This document shows, piece after piece, positions 61,901 to 64,000 of a stretch of 64,000 nt of DNA (positions within the stretch are counted from its first letter, which is position 1; each line of letters begins with the position of its first letter). A program made the position numbers and the translations under genes. Under the pieces are notes generated by a model, which did no database searches, was not told where the DNA came from, and worked only from the letters and a program-made list of their open reading frames with translations. The stretch is from Macrostomum lignano (Eukaryota): contig NIVC01002358.1 in assembly GCA_002269645.1 (NCBI GenBank), forward strand, positions 86,015 through 150,014. The letters are read 5' to 3'.

Positions 61901-63488
61901 AATCTCTGGAAACTATGAGCAGGAATTTTTATGAAAAAATGACAGACATTCACAGAAGGCCAACTCAATCGATGAAATATAGTTATATATACTAACAATA
62001 TATGAGTTCTAGACTGTGATTTTATACCTATAGCGATTCTACGCTTTATAATTGCACTTTTCTATCTGCAAATTTTCAATATTGATTAACTAATTTGCTA
62101 CCAATGACACCTACATTATATGCTTATAACAATCGTAGCTGCTTACTCAGTTGCACTAAATTTGCTTGAATAAATCTCCATTTCAATGCTAGCTCGTAAT
62201 TACACGAGAACAAAGTACATATTGACAGTACCACAGGCTGTTAATGTGCGCAGAATGCACAGAAAAATATACATTACCAAATTCATTTTTAAGCAATTAA
62301 TTTAAATACGATTTCATTGGAATTCTAGCCTACAAGGAAGAATGAACTTATCGCAGAAAAGGTGGCGAAACGATAACAAAGAGAAGAGGGTAGAGACTGC
62401 AAACGTTTCGGCCTTAAACTCAAATGTGATCCAGCTGGGGTTAAAGAGAAGCCTGACTCACCGGTAGATGGCCTGCCGCTGCAGCACAGCGGAGCCGCCG
62501 CACAGATCCTCGCCAAGACGATGGCGCACCAGCTCGTCAACTGGCAGCCGCTGCAATCGTCGGTAGGCAGCCTCCAGTGCTCGGATGGCCGCCTGGTTGA
62601 CCTCCAGCACCATATCAAGCTCGTAGCGCTCGTCCTCAACCCGACAGCAGGCCTCCTCGTGTTGATTCCGCCGACCGCCGCCACGACTTTCCTCGGACAG
62701 CCAGTTGGGAAAGCTCACCAGGGTGTCATTGAGGGCCTCCCGACAGGCCGCCGGCAGGTGGTCGCGGCCACTGCAGCGCGGCTGAGCGAAGCTGCGCGGC
62801 GCCGCTCTGTAGGAGCCGCCGCTGATTTGAAGCTTCAACGAGTCAATTTCTGGAGTTTGTTCCGGCTGCTGCTGCTGCCGGCGCTTCTGCCGACCAGAGT
62901 CGGTAGTCTCGGCCAGGTCGGCCTGCAGCCAGGCGAGCAGATCCGGGAACGGGCGTAGGAAAGCGGCCGCTCTTTCTAGGAAATCAAGCCTACCGACCCG
63001 GCCAGTGGCGTACAAGTTGAGGCAGCGCAAGAAATTGGCGTACACTTCCTGCTCTCCGATGGCGGCTTCAAGGCGCTCGAGAAAGCGCGCCGCCTCTGCG
63101 TCAAATTTAGCAGCGTCAGCTAGTAGACTCTCGGCTTTGGGCGAAGGAGCTCGAACTGGCGGGTGTCGGGGCCTTCGCCGGCGCTGCACTTGTCGATGAT
63201 GATGATAGAGAGGCGGCCGGGCCGGAATTCGAGATGGCACAGCAACTAGCGGACTGTTGGATGCTGCCACATCGGTTGATACGGCAAAAATGCGTCGCTT
63301 CGGCATTGTCGACAGAGACGGCGACGACAAGGACGAAGACGATTGAGACGGCGACGCCGGGCGAGGCCGCTTCAGAGCAGTCGGTCGGGGAGCAAGCAGC
63401 GGGGCCAGGATGGTTGACGGGATTGACGGGGCCGGCAGAGGCTGAGGTGGCGGCTGCGACTGCTGGGTGCTGACTGCAGTGGCCGGGT
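52111..63488 (-). CDS. SIN3: SIN3 transcriptional corepressor (partial; PAH3, HID and C-terminal region; 5' exons not found in the window)
   Basis: Exons 63488-62462, 54355-54172, 54083-53302, 53083-52111. PAH-like FLERL...YANFLRCLNLY; HID motifs SYRAAP, CSGRD, EDERYELD, VYGDKA, NPAVAVPLILRRLK, KSLDHQ; then FTLDRL. PolyQ near 52890-52930. Confidence 0.9.
54797..54862 (-). mobile_element. tRNA-derived (Glu-like) SINE head or tRNA pseudogene
   Basis: The reverse complement has an A-box-like tagctcggcggtag, a ctCTCac loop and B-box ggttcgattcc, but stems pair poorly. Confidence 0.45.
55988..61879 (+). CDS. Nav1: Voltage-gated sodium channel alpha subunit (Nav1 type, DEKA), ~1935 aa, 2 exons (55988..60320, 60405..61879), nested antisense in a SIN3 intron
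   Basis: Four domains with S4 R/K repeats. Filters QDYWE, GEWID, YKGWL, SAGWD. DIII-IV linker MEIFLTEDQKKYY. An 84-bp phase-1 GT-AG intron joins the two long ORFs as DITG|VGIQP. Confidence 0.96.
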
Positions 63489-63509
63489 CTGAGGAATTAA
63501 ATAGATTTG

Positions 63510-63948
63510 CACACGCGATCTGGTTTGCTCTCCGTGGCTGTTTTGTGGCACCCCGATTTACTTACTCGATATACTTGTATATACCAAGGCCACTGTCATC
63601 AGTCTACCATTCATAGTGGAATTGTCGATTGTTGGTGGCACAACTATATCACACTGACTCAGCTGACACTGAAAGGTCTAGTTCTATGATTAAAGCTCAG
63701 CCGCAGCTATTGCGCGGCGCATCTGAAGGCTGCGTACGGCTGTTCAGTCGATGGACTAGGGGGGGGGGTCGCCACACACACCCTAAATTACCCCAGCTAA
63801 TGCTGGCACCCATTTTACAGCTGGGTGAACTCAAGCAGTGCAGAGTTAAGTGTCTTGCTCAAGGACACATTGTTCTAGTAAGATCGGGAATCGAACCCCC
63901 GACCTTCAAGTTGTGAGTCCGACGCTCTAACCACAAGGCTAAACCCTA
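63510..63948 (-). mobile_element. tRNA-derived SINE with CORE-like central domain
   Basis: Reverse complement reads gtggttagagc (A box)...ggttcgattccc (B box), then gtgtccttgagcaagacacttaac...cagctgtaaaatggg, similar to the CORE-SINE consensus. The 3' end is approximate. Confidence 0.7.
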
Positions 63949-64000
63949 GTGAGTCATTAAAAAACATTTGGTGAGTCATTGACACTATTCTATTGCTAAA

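Noticed and set aside
54797-63948. Functional tRNA genes at ~54.8 kb and ~63.9 kb
   Set aside because: A and B boxes are present but the acceptor and anticodon stems do not pair well, and one continues into a SINE body.

Overview
Eukaryotic (animal) genomic DNA with GC-rich exons, AT-rich spacers and GT-AG introns. The style suggests a free-living flatworm such as Macrostomum, but this is inference only. Bases 1-7.4 kb are a CpG-depleted nest of decayed elements (KDZ transposase, P-element/THAP9, LINE). Next come ANAPC10, a small membrane protein, a full-length EnSpm/CACTA transposon (10894-17625; 28-bp TIRs, GA TSD, intact transposase, spliced accessory gene), an orphan 2-TM gene and a 3.9-kb 21-bp satellite. 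A 5-EC mucin-stalk cadherin with two alternative tails follows, then a CD36/SCARB gene (-), a C2H2 zinc-finger gene and a partial SIN3 gene (-). Main highlights: (1) a complete ~1935-aa DEKA sodium channel with only one intron lies antisense inside an 8.1-kb SIN3 intron and has unusual pore and S6 residues; (2) almost every intron longer than ~450 bp is filled by its own minisatellite, mostly 16-23-bp units, some families recurring in unrelated genes; (3) one array is 11 in-frame copies of a complete 3' splice site. Exon boundaries were derived by eye from frame and splice consensus; no searches or computations were run.
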